A DNA stretch of 64,000 nucleotides, taken from NCBI GenBank assembly GCA_047495785.1, contig JBLDXI010000024.1, positions 4,278,001 to 4,342,000 on the forward strand, given 5' to 3'. Under the pieces are notes generated by a model. The model searched no databases and was not told the DNA's origin. It saw only the letters and a list, made by a program, of their open reading frames with translations. This DNA comes from Lepidodermella squamata. Its lineage: Eukaryota; Animalia; Gastrotricha. Below are positions 25,117-51,842 of this stretch, piece by piece. The position numbers were made by a program, and so were the translations under genes. Within the stretch, counting starts at the first letter, position 1; each line of letters begins with the position of its first letter.

Positions 25117-26748
25117 TTATAGCAATTGGCAAATAGCGCCATCCAAGTTAGTACCGCAGCCAACATCGTCCCAGACACCTGTATGGCTGATACGTGTGCA
25201 TGTAGTTCCACCGGCACAGCCGAAACCATCTGGCTGGCCGGGTGGCCAGCTCGAGTAACTAAAAGCAGCGATGTTGCTTTGCCAACGGAATGCACCATCT
25301 CTATTGATGCCTGCAAGACAGAACCCATTGCAGCCCCAACCTGGGTTATAATTTGCTGTTTTAACTGAAGAAATATGTCGCTATAATTATGCCGAAGACC
25401 TCTTTAAGGATACCTTACCAGCTATGAGAACTCGAACAGCTTCTTGCTCTGCAGCATTTTTTATCTGTTATCTCAGCCAGTTTCCCGCCTTTCTGCTTGC
25501 AAACTTCCACGGCAGTTAGCCAATTCATAGCTTGTTTTCCAAAAAGACCCCTTCTGTGAAACCAAGGCAATTGCACTTCTCCGCTTCAAAAAAGAAAGAA
25601 ACTTGGAATAGGCTTCTGAGAGGCATCTTGCATAATCGTACCATATGCCGGGTATTTTCTAAAAGCTTCAAGAAGCTGAGTTTGTGCGTACTGGAATTCT
25701 GCGTCGGAGATCCCGCGAGCTTCGTGGCCTACGACTTCATGCCAAACATCCGTACCACCGCCCTTCCACCACGGTTGCTTCTTGACGTGCTCGACCACGA
25801 TTTTTCGCTGGGCTGTGATAACCGCTTTCGATTCTAGTGCAGTTATCTCTGCGTTGATAGTGCGATCTGCTGAGTGAGGAGCCTCAACTGCGATGGCAAC
25901 CTTGTAAGGAATAACAGAGGAGTTCAAACATGCGCGCGCACACATCGCGAGTCAGGCGACAACGCGTGGTTTTCTTGAGGTAACTTTTTTGTCATGATGA
26001 ATATCGGAAATATTTTTACATATTCGGGAAGCTCTCTTTAAGCTGCGGTCGCCTATGTTTTTATTTTGTTGATTTTCGAATTCGAAATTTAAGAAATCTT
26101 GTGTAAATGCCCAAAATGCACGAAAACAAGCTAAAATGACCATATTTCAGGCGCCCGCTGCCAAATAGCTGAAAATTATTTCTCAAAAATAAAAACATGA
26201 GCGACCGCATTATGAGGCGAGCTTTCCGAATCTGCTAAAATATTTCCAAAATTCGTTAAAACAAAAAAGTTACCGCAAGATGATGACTAAATAACACCGC
26301 GCGCTGGTCGCACAATAGGCCCATACTATTACGCGCGCGCGCACGCAAGTTTGAACTCCTCTACTATTCCTTACAAGATGGCAACGACGTACGACATGTC
26401 ATTCGGGCGAATTTCCTGGGAAAAGCGCATGCCGCTGTACTCATCACTACCGTGCATGAGTTGGGCAGCTCTGTCTAGAAAAGCTGATAATTGAGGGTTG
26501 TCTAGCCAGTCGGCTCGAGAAGCAAGTTGTTCAACCAGCTTTTGTTTGATAACTGCAACCGACGATTGTTCTGCTGCGAGGGAAAACCTGCCCTCGATCA
26601 GTGACGTTGAAATAGGTCCAATCTCCATGGGAAGATCGTGAGCACTCGTTGAGCTGCTCTTTTTAACCTTCCAACTTGCATCGACAGAGCCAAAAGTTAA
26701 AATCACTCCAACTGAGAAAATAGCTAATGTAGCCTCAAAAGAAAACAT
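25117..26748 (-). pseudogene. Second copy of the unknown-domain + C-type lectin gene; disrupted
   Basis: Highly similar to 14112-15254. It has a MITE insertion in exon 1, a CGA>TGA stop at 25586-25588, a 9-bp deletion and a small frameshifting insertion near 25460. Confidence 0.9.
25901..26377. mobile_element. 477-bp MITE with about 40-bp TIRs (cttgtaaggaata...) and 8-bp TSD atggcaac
   Basis: TSD at 25893-25900 and 26378-26385; the empty site is visible in the paralog near 14890. Imperfect inverted symmetry extends through most of the element. An 8-bp TSD is compatible with hAT, P or Merlin. Confidence 0.92.
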
Positions 26749-26807
26749 GTTTCAGCCTAGTCAAATGAGCGATATAATAACCCGATATAATGCTGTTTTT
26801 ATTCCTG

Positions 26808-27102
26808 CATTGTGTTTGAGGTTGTAAGTTGAAAAAAATCCGCACGCTGATTGGTCAGTTGGCTCGTATCCATGACTCCGCCTTGCTACTTGATCGTGCG
26901 ATCTATATATTTGTGGCTTTTACTATTTTTATGAAGGCCGTAGCACGCGTTTCCAACAAATGCCTAAAACCATTCATAAAAAGATATTTTTTGCAAACAT
27001 TTTATGGATCGCACGATCAAGTAGCAAGGCGGAGTCATGGATACGAGCCAACTGACCAATCAGCGTGCAGATGTTTTTCAACTTACAACCTCAAACACAA
27101 TG
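26808..27102. mobile_element. 295-bp MITE with about 97-bp TIRs inserted in the promoter region of lectin copy 2
   Basis: cattgtgtttgaggttgtaagttgaaaaa...cgtgcgatc is mirrored at 27007-27102. The empty site is at about 15310 in copy 1. Probable 2-bp TSD (tg). Confidence 0.9.
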
Positions 27103-27890
27103 TGGGAAAGCCTAAAACCGTTCAATTATTCTAATTGAAATTCGACCCACTAACCCTGATTCCTCCGATCGACTCATCTCATTTAAATTCAAAGCGTTAA
27201 TCACTGTTATTGACACTGGTTTTTCGCCCGGTGACAATCAGTCAACTTTCTAATGTTATGACTGTGATTCACAAATTCCAAAAAAAGTTTAATTAGCTGG
27301 ACAAATTACCTGTGCATCGGATTGTTTTTATCACGAACTTCACTTTTCCGTGTAATTTGTTTGCCCGTTTGAAAATTTACGATTTAATTTGAATGATTCA
27401 GTCATAATTTTTTTTAGTATTTGTATGGCAGGAACCCGGAAATTTCTGAATTCCGTACTTCAATGTAAAAAAGCATATTATAGGCACCCCAGACCTTATC
27501 GGAGGCTGATTTGTTTGCTATCTTCTTGGCGAGATTCGACAGACCGGATGTTTTTGTTAACGTTGAATTATTCGCTCATCAACATTCCAAGTGATTTGAA
27601 AAGCATCTTAATTGGATAAACACATACGTGCCGTTGAATCTAATTTTTTCTATCGCCGGCAGCCGCTGGCTAAACCGCAGCAACCCTGTGCATTGTTGGC
27701 ACGTTTTCTTAAGGCGGTGAAAACCTGCCTGACATTTGAATTAAAAATAGCACGCTAAAAGTAAAACACGCGAACAATCTAGAATACTCAAATATTCACC
27801 ATAACAGGATGCTAACGGCGAAAATAAAAGGCCAGCTGTTTTTCGGCTTTGGTCATCATATTTTTTCGAAACGTAGAGCTATTTTCAGCC

Positions 27891-30754
27891 ATGCGGGCGT
27901 TGAAATTTGCCGGAATATTGTTGCTATGTTCGTTAGTCGCAGCTCAAACGACTACTAAGACAACCACAAAGGCAGCCGCCAGTTGAACCACAACTAGAGC
28001 CGCCTTAAATTGTCCAGCTCCACCGCGTGTTTCCTGCGCTCGTTATGCTAATAAACCATAGCTAGTTGACACGGAAAACGCACTAAGGAAACTGCCCGTT
28101 CGACGGACTACAAGTAAGCCGGGAGCGGGCTCGACTACGACGCGTAATGTAACCACAGTCAAGACAACTACACCTAAGCGGACGACTAGAATTGACGACA
28201 GTTTGTCCCGAGCCTTGACGAGCTACCCGGTCGGCAGTTACATTTACTACCAAGTATTGGATGACAGTATTAGCACGCTCGTCGGAAATGACACCATCCA
28301 ATGCCTATCGAACAAAAAGTGGAGTAAAGCGCCGACCTGCGACTTTTGGTGTAACATGCCAGAGATCGAAAACGGCAACTGTGACGAGGGTGCGCTGAGA
28401 GAAAACTCGAATGAATTTGACATCTCCGAGTCTACGCTGTGCCGCTGCGATGACGGCTACACCAAGTCTTCGGGCAGCGTCAACCCTGTCTGCCAAAGCA
28501 CCGGCGAGTGGGACGATGTGCTTGTATGCGTCAAACGCCGTCAAATCGCTGACCTGTATGCGCGAATCCAGTGGTTGATGGCGGCGAATGCGCCGGGACT
28601 AATTTCAACGTCGGTGACACAACCACATGCACTTGCAGTGGTACAACAGCTAAAATAAGCGTGAAATGCGGACGAAATGCAAGGTAGTTCGAACAATTTA
28701 CAGAATCAAACATTCATGACTTTAATTTACTAAACTACAGGTGGACAGGATTGCCGACCTGCAAGAAATCATCCGGGTCTACCCAAGATTCAAAAACTAC
28801 AACTACTACCACTACTACTACTACTACTACTACCGTTCCTACAACTACAACCACCACAGGATGCCCACCAGCTAGTGCTACAACAAGTTCTACAGCCTCA
28901 TGCTCGCGATCTCTTTTCGTTCGACCACGTAATCGCACTGCCGTCACAACACCTAAACCACGAGGCGCTTCTTCGTCCAGAAGTGGTCAATCTAGAGCGT
29001 TAAGTAAGTCGAAGGCTGGGTACGATCTAGTTGGATTATTTATTTATCTTCACATAGCATCTTCTGCGCTGCCAAATATCCAGTATCTAGGACTTGGCTA
29101 TGACATTCTAACGGCCAACCCCAGGCCCATGAGAGCAGTTAACAGCGATCTCCTTGGTTATCGGCTTCCTGTCGTTCGTCTGTCCAGTACAGAAGTTCCG
29201 GCATTTGACGCATACACGGCTCCTGATAACGTTGAAGCCTTGAGGCAGCCGACATGCGCTGCTACGTATTCCGGTGAAATGATCAATGATTTCAAATCAT
29301 ACAAGCAGTCTCGGTCGTGGCAAGCCAGCTCTTCAGGTGGTCTCAGTTTCGGATCGGCGTTCAAATTCAGCGCCGACTATAGCGAGATGCGCCAATCATT
29401 GATGCAGGGCTATTCGGCTAATTCCAGGAAAACGATCGACGCCTGGTCATCCTGCACGTCCTATCAAGGCCGTATCAAGGCCCTACTGCTGAATAAGGAC
29501 CAACTCGACGCCGAGTTCAAAATGGCCGTCGCGAAACTGCCAGCTGCAAATTGCGGAAACGCCTATCGTGAATTTATCGGTAACTACGGCAGTCACTTTG
29601 TAGTTCAAATACAAATGGGTTGGCTTGCTTGGAAGAGATACTCATTCACTAGCACGGCCTGGGCTAGTTTCTCCAGCTACCTTCAGTCTCAATCATCATC
29701 AACTGCCGTAAAAGCCGCTTACAACAGCTTTGCAATAGACATGGGCGATACCGAATCGAAAAGCTCTTCGGACGAAGTAGCGCAGAAGTTTTCGTCGCTG
29801 ACAGAAAAATCGAACACGTTAACAATCGGAACGCGCAACAACATGTCTAATCCAATGCCGGTCGTCGTCAAATTGAAGGCGATCGCTGATCTGCTGACGT
29901 CAGAATTCTTCCCAACAGACTGCTCGATCGACGCTAAGAGGCAACTGTTCTTATCTGCGCTGACGTCCTACTGCACGTCGCTGCAGGTGAATGACGGCTA
30001 CGGCGCCGATGCAGCGTCTTGCTTTGAAACGCCAACTGATGATAGCTACTCTAAGCTCTACTTGACGTCGGGCTTTGGGGGTATGAGTGTTAGTGGGTCT
30101 TATGCCCAAAGTGGCATGAATGGCCTGACCGGCGGATTCAATTGTCCTGGCAACTTTACCGCCAGCACTATTGCAACGGTTAATGCGAATTCGCCCAATA
30201 AAGTTATCTTCACAGTGTGCAGCTTGCCTTCTGGGGACCCAGCTGGTGTCTTTGGCGGAATGTATCAGCTGACACCTACCGGCCCGGACGGGTGCAACAA
30301 TGCCGGATTTGCAGGGTTTTGCCCAGCCCCTGTTATCGATGGAAATACGTTAAATGCAGTGACTGGTACTGGGGCTTGTCCAGCCCAATACACGGCGATC
30401 CAACTGCTGCGTTCTTGCGTTTCCTTCTCCAATGTTTGCGTGAAGCCCGTGCCAGGAACGTGTGGCAGAGATTGTTGCAGGAGGTTTTTGGGAGTGTGCA
30501 CGAGCAGATGCGATAATGACTGCCCACCGGCTTTGTGCACGCCCACCTACAACAGCAATGTCTACGCGTGTTACAAAGACCCTGGACCCAGCAAGATGCC
30601 TTGGCTCGGCGGCTTTTTCGCCACTGGTCTGGGCATCAATCCACGCACAGGTTCGTACGGCTGCCCGGTTGGTTATATCGCCGTGCTTCTTTTCGAATAC
30701 ACGGATTGCGGTAGTTCCACGCCGACGCGAGCCTACGCATGCTTGCTAGCATGA
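27891..30754 (+). pseudogene. Sushi x3 - Thr-rich - MACPF - perforin-2/MPEG1 P2-like gene, copy B; exon 1 disrupted, MACPF/P2 exon fully open
   Basis: ATG 27891 gives MRALKFAGILLLCSLVAAQ. In-frame stops TGA at 27984 and TAG at 28059, and a frameshift near 28555. Introns about 28684-28740 and 29004-29057. MACPF motifs YLGLGYDIL and FIGNYGSHFV; P2-like repeats FGGM..N.LTG.F.CP and LGGFF..INPRTGSYGCPVGY. No C-terminal TM helix. Confidence 0.85.
28796..28834 (+). repeat. (ACT/ACA/ACC)n coding microsatellite, poly-Thr
   Basis: actacaactactaccactactactactactactactacc. Confidence 0.85.
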
Positions 30755-31217
30755 TTTGCGGCCTGGGAGATATAAACCTGGCCTTTTATGCACCAACTCG
30801 ATATCAGTTCAGAAAATTTATGCAAAAAGTTTTGAAATATCTTCATATTGATATGATACTAAAATTCCAAAAGAATTTAAATAATTTCATTTTGCTAACA
30901 AATGATGTTACGGGGGCTTGCTAGCACCCAAATGACGGTGAATTGTTATGCCGAACGGAACATCTTGTATCTTGTTTTTTCAATAAAAATTTGCAAAATT
31001 TGTACAGTGTGGACTCGGATTATCTCGTCTTCGATAGGCTACCAGTCTGCCTTTTGCTAATGGATCTTTCGTCGCTCTTATCATACAGTTTTTCCTCGAA
31101 ACTAACATTCCTTAGGGCTTTAAAAATACATATTAATATAATTTTAATAGTTAACTTGTTTTCGATAGTTTGAGTAAAAAGATTAGCGCGTACAGTCGAA
31201 CTTTTTTATTTCTTGAA

Positions 31218-31255
31218 GACGACGTTTCGGCACAAGCGGGTGCCATCATCAGGTC
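31218..31255 (-). ncRNA. Second, identical minimal hammerhead ribozyme in the inverted pLTR
   Basis: Exact reverse complement of 33108-33145. Confidence 0.83.
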
Positions 31256-31267
31256 ATATATAAGGAA

Positions 31268-33008
31268 GGATCCGTCTGCACCCAAAGCCTTGAAACGTGC
31301 CATCAACCAACTGAAGAAGCGCAAGGATATTGTCATCACTAGACCCGACAAAGGTTCCGGAGTTGTCATTATGGACAGATCAGAGTACATGCGACTCTTG
31401 AAAGCAGCATCGATCGACAACCAGGAAAAGTTCGCTCCGGTGAGCCTTGAGCGGCCGAAGACTCGAGGCCCTCGGCCTAAACACTTCCACCCTCTGCTAC
31501 AGAGAGAAAAAGAAATCAACAAGGCCATCAAACGCATTCTTCCTGAGAAGACAGCGAAAGCCCTCTACTCCAAAGGCGCGAGGCTTGCTCACCTGTACGG
31601 CTTGCCAAAAATCCACAAGAAGGTTCTGGCAGTACGTCCCATTCTGTCGGCGAGTTCAACCTACAACTCCAAGCTAGCGAAATATCTGGAGAGCCTACTC
31701 AAACCTTTGGCTCAGAACGATTACACCATCTCCGACATACTGTCCTTCAGCGAAACCCTCCGGAAGACTGAAGTTTCAGCAAACAGCATCCTGGTCTCTT
31801 ACGACGTCAAATCACTCTTTACGAATGTCCCCGTCGACGACGCGATTGAGATCATCACTGCGAAAGCCTTCCAAGACGATTGGTTCAACAAAACACACAA
31901 TCTCAACATCAAGAAGGAAGACCTTGCTGAACTCCTGTCCTTGGCAATCAAAAACCAACTGTTCCAACTTGACGACAAGCTGTATCAACAAGTGGACGGC
32001 GTGGCTATGGGCTCGCCGCTGGGTCCACTAATGGCGAACGTCATCATGGGCCACCTGGAGGAAAAACTGGAAAAGGACGGCAAGATTCCGGAGCTCTATC
32101 ATCGCTACGTCGACGACACCCTGTCCCTGATGCCCAGTGTTGAAACGGCCGAGGAGTTTCGTGAAACCCTGAACTCATGTCACCCATCACTGAAATTTAC
32201 AATGGAAATGATGGATGAGAATTGCTCGATACCTTTCTGTGGAATGCGAGTTCAAAAAGTTGGCTCGAGCCTAAACACAAGCGTCTACATCAAACCAACC
32301 GATACCGGGCTGCTACTGCATCATCAAAGCCACGTTGATTACAAATATAAGCGGAGTATCATAACAACCATGCTCCACAGAGCCTATCGACTCTCGACAA
32401 CCTGGCCTGAAGTCCACCGAGAAATTCAACGTATTAAAAAAGTCTTTGTCGACCTGAAATATCCCGCGAAGCTTCTGGATTCGACCATCGACAGATTTCT
32501 CTCTGAGAAGCAATCGCCTCACACAATGAAAACCGAGAAGCCGGACGCGCCGGTTCGAATTGTGCTTCCGTTCAAAGACGAAAAAGGAACCCAAGTTGTC
32601 CGACGACAGCTGCACGACCTGAACAACAAAGCGAACACCAACGTCCAGGCGGTCTTCACGAGCAAGAAAATTGCGGACTATTTCGGGCCGAAAGAGCAAA
32701 AGCTACCCATCATCAACTCGCAGTGCGTAGTGTACCAATTCAAATGTAAACAGTGTGATGCTGTTTATGTTGGCTGTACTGGCCGACATCTACACGTACG
32801 CATTGATGAACACATGAAGAAAGGCCCTCTCAATGAGCACGTCAAGAGTCATGGAGCAGATGTTTCCACCTTGCACAGAAACTTCACCATCCTCAAAAAG
32901 TGTCGCACCAAATGGGCATGCCTACTATTCGAGATGCTTTTCATCAAATCTATTAAGCCTAACCTGAATAAGCAGAAGGACTCTATCAAAGCTAAACTAT
33001 TTATCTAG
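31268..33008 (+). CDS. Penelope-type reverse transcriptase / GIY-YIG endonuclease; N-terminally truncated, uninterrupted frame
   Basis: ORF 31170-33008. Its first about 33 codons are just the inverted pLTR. Confidence 0.9.
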
Positions 33009-33107
33009 TCGTTTTCCTTGTTGTAGCCTTTACACTGATTAACCCTATCTCATTGTTGTAGCCTTTAACTATACTATCTTTGTTTAGATTTTTGTTTCCT
33101 TATATAT

Positions 33108-33145
33108 GACCTGATGATGGCACCCGCTTGTGCCGAAACGTCGTC
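33108..33145 (+). ncRNA. Minimal type I hammerhead ribozyme in the Penelope pLTR
   Basis: GAC CTGATGA T GGCAC ccgctt GTGCC GAA ACGT C GTC: conserved core, 5-bp stem II, palindromic ACGT stem III and 3-bp stem I. Confidence 0.85.
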
Positions 33146-33616
33146 TTCAAGAAATAAAAAAGTTCGACTGTACGCGCTAATCTTTTTACTCAATATAATT
33201 TTAGAATAGCCATAAAAAATATCGGTCGATTAGCTTGGCCAGTTCGATATTTTATGATATAACATTCGTAAATTGTTCCCATATGAACTCTTTACTTGTG
33301 CTATATCACCCAAATGTGATAAGTTACATACTTTAGTTACTCATCTCGTCGGCCCTCTCCACAAAGCAATTGGAAGCTTGCCGAACTCCCCGAATGCTTG
33401 ACACATATTGACCTTAAATCATAAACAGTTGCGAACAGCGTCACTGTTTACTGTTTATAACATTTTAGCTATTTAATAGCTTTACCAAAAAGATGCGCAA
33501 GGTTTAATCATCACTGCACACATCCCTAATTGTCGCCAGGCAATTATAAACATTATCAAGAATTTGTTTTTTCGGCTTGAAATGCCGCAATCACTGCACT
33601 GCAAACCACTCAAGTT

Positions 33617-49343
<15,727 letters not shown>

Positions 49344-50239
49344 GTATTATTGGCTATATCTGAAAATGCCGTTGACCAACTTACAATATCAAACTAGACT
49401 GGGAGCTAGAGGTTTTCCACCTCGAATATATAGACTGTTATAGTTAAGGTGAATGTTGCTTGGCTGCATTGTTTGCATAGTATAACAGTTAATTCATTTT
49501 TCTCGAATCTTCAAACCTCCAGCAGTGGCCTTGTCATAAATAAATCGCGACAATTTTACACTGATCAATTTTCAAGGAAAATCTGCCTTTCCAGCGGCAC
49601 AAGCTGTCACTCCATAAGCGGCATTCAATACTTCAAGGTGTGTAAGAACCTCCTTCATATTGATGCATGTGGTATTTATTACCTTATGCATAAAAGATTA
49701 GCCTATTTTTCACCGAGCAAAATAAATCTATAGTTCATAGTGTCAAGCCTCTTGTATCATAGGGTCGAAAAGACGGTCCTTTGTTAAAGGACATTAATCA
49801 TGGCATATTTCTTTCATATCATTAAGATTTTATTGAGCGATAACAAATCCATATGCACCAGATTATCAAAAATGCACGCTTTCAGGCTCGCCCACGGTTC
49901 GCGCTAACTGGGATGAATAAATTAGACAATTCAGCGTTTGCCTCAATATCGCGAAATGCACGTCATAACAACGTTCCAAAAATAGAAGCAAGTTGAAGCA
50001 AACTATTGTTCAGCTTTTTTCGTGATGCCGTTGGAAGAATTCGAATACAAAGCCCGGAAGAAATCGCATTGAGCGGTTCCGTTATAATCAATTAGGTACC
50101 GTGCGATTCAACGATGAATAATTAGTTAGTCTTCGCTGCATTTCTCTACCTGGAAAAATGCAAAGCATCGTTTCAAGAGTTTTGGTTATAACCGGTCAAT
50201 AGCTGTATCGGTGCGCGTTTCAAGACGCTTAGAAACGCC

Positions 50240-50487
50240 CAATAAATGATGTATATATGAAAGATTACGAACCGCGACAATTCTACAGTGGAATAAGTGG
50301 ATAAAACTTTCAGCTGTTTAATAATAAATGGGGGCTAACAATAGCATAAGTTAACAACTGCTATGGTATACAAACTCTCAATAAATGATGCATATATGAA
50401 AGATTACGCATCGCGACAATTCTTCGGTGGAATGAGTTACGAATACTTTCAGCACTTAAATAAAAAATGGGGCTAACAATAGCATAC
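50240..50487. repeat. Imperfect direct tandem duplication, about 139-bp period, upstream of PKD1-like copy 1
   Basis: caataaatgatg.atatatgaaagattacg...ggggctaacaatagcata at about 50240 and 50379. Confidence 0.85.
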
Positions 50488-51141
50488 AACAATAAAAGCA
50501 ATAAACAACTCTAGTGCTATACAAACTATGTACCTATCTTAAAAAAAGATACAATTACATTTTAAGATAAGCAGTAATGCAAAATTGATCACACATCTAG
50601 GTCGGTTCAGAAATTGTAACAATCGGAACGCACCGAACGACAAAGTCGTGCTTGGCAACCCGTGGTTCACCTAGAAATTGATTAGAAATAAAGTAGCGAA
50701 TGAGAACTCAGCCGTTCTGGGCTACCTTTTGTTCATTTTCAGTATGGCGGCATGTATTCGAGCATGAGTTTCCGATTCGCCGCTTCCAAATTGCTCGTTG
50801 CTGGAATTCGAGATTTAATAAGCTAAGATTTAATAATTACTCATGGGTGTAGCCACGAAAAGTTCATCTGAGAAATATCGAAACAAATTATCGCTTAAGC
50901 CCATTATGGTGGTGATATTTTATAAAATACCTTCTACCTATCCGGATTAAACTGTTTTTATTGATCGTGAATATTCATGCTTTTATCTGATTTTCCCCAA
51001 TTTTTAAAAATTACCTGGATCCTAAAAATGACAAATTTATTTTAATTTATTTAATTTTAATTTTATTTAATTTTGATACTTCGGTGCGCCTTAAAAACTG
51101 AGGCTCAGCTCCTCTCGCTCAAACAGAGGTTTTTCATTAAC

Positions 51142-51312
51142 AGGGTACGGCGACAAAACTTCGCGAAACAGCACATTTTTTATTTCGCGACAAAACAGCG
51201 AAAACTTACAGTGTAAAAGATGCCTCGTCTTGCTGTTATGTCGCAAGTTAAAAAGTTGCTGTTTTGTCGCGTTTCCTGTTTTGGGTATTTGCTGTTATTA
51301 CGGTCTGCCACT
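51142..51312. repeat. Short degenerate MITE-like element with aaaacagc/gctgttat motifs; a related copy lies at about 60112-60256
   Basis: Both sites show the same layout: (c/t)agggt..ggcg, caaaacagcgaa, gctgttatg.cgc.agtt, gctgttttg. Confidence 0.45.
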
Positions 51313-51842
51313 AACAGACTTCCTCCATATTAAAGCTCCATATTATTGACTGGCACTGGTTCCCTTCATCTTTAATTTAGCAGCCCACTTGCAAGCCATT
51401 ACACATAAGTCAGCGGTCCAATAACCGTCCTTTTGTAAACGAGACATGAAATTTCTCGTTTTTTTTGAAAAGCAGCAATCAATTTTGTCTAAGAAGTCTG
51501 CTCATTTTTTCTGGGCAGCCTGTCAACATTAATCCATTTTTAGGTCGAATTAGACTTGTTTTTCTTCAAATTCTGTATGAAATAATAAATAACACTGCCG
51601 AACACACCTTTATTAATCAATATCGTCAAAGTCAGAAATTTACACATCAGAAATTTACATTAGCGTATTGCGTATTTTCTCGAAGAGCAGCGCAGCAAAA
51701 AACATCGATAATAATAATATGATTCATCTACTTATCAAAGTGTAATTTTCATCTCTATCAAAGTGTAATAAACCTCTATCATTTATTCATTGTCGTTCAA
51801 ATTGCTTGATGTTGTCATTTTCCATCGACGATTTTCAATCAC

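Larger units (their letters stand above)
31147..33193 (+). mobile_element. Penelope-like retroelement, 5'-truncated, with RT + GIY-YIG endonuclease ORF and inverted 98-bp pseudo-LTRs (31170-31267 / 33096-33193)
   Basis: Motifs RPDKGSGVVIMD, LYGLPKIHK, SYDVKSLFTNVP, GVAMGSPLGP, RYVDD, VYIKPT, and CVVYQFKCKQC..YVGCTGRHL..RIDEH...E...I...KPNLN. The inverted repeat is perfect. Candidate TSD aatataatttta at 31135-31146 / 33192-33203. Confidence 0.95.

Noticed and set aside
27984-27986. In-frame TGA as selenocysteine or programmed readthrough
   Set aside because: The paralogous codon is CGA (CpG-type transition), and a TAG and a frameshift follow in the same exon.
28751-30754. 667-aa ORF as a complete intact gene
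   Set aside because: It starts at a TTG inside exon 2 and reads through a 54-bp intron. The true first exon (ATG 27891) carries stops and a frameshift.
31170-31267. N-terminal extension of the Penelope ORF
   Set aside because: It is the inverted pLTR that happens to be open in frame, with no ATG.
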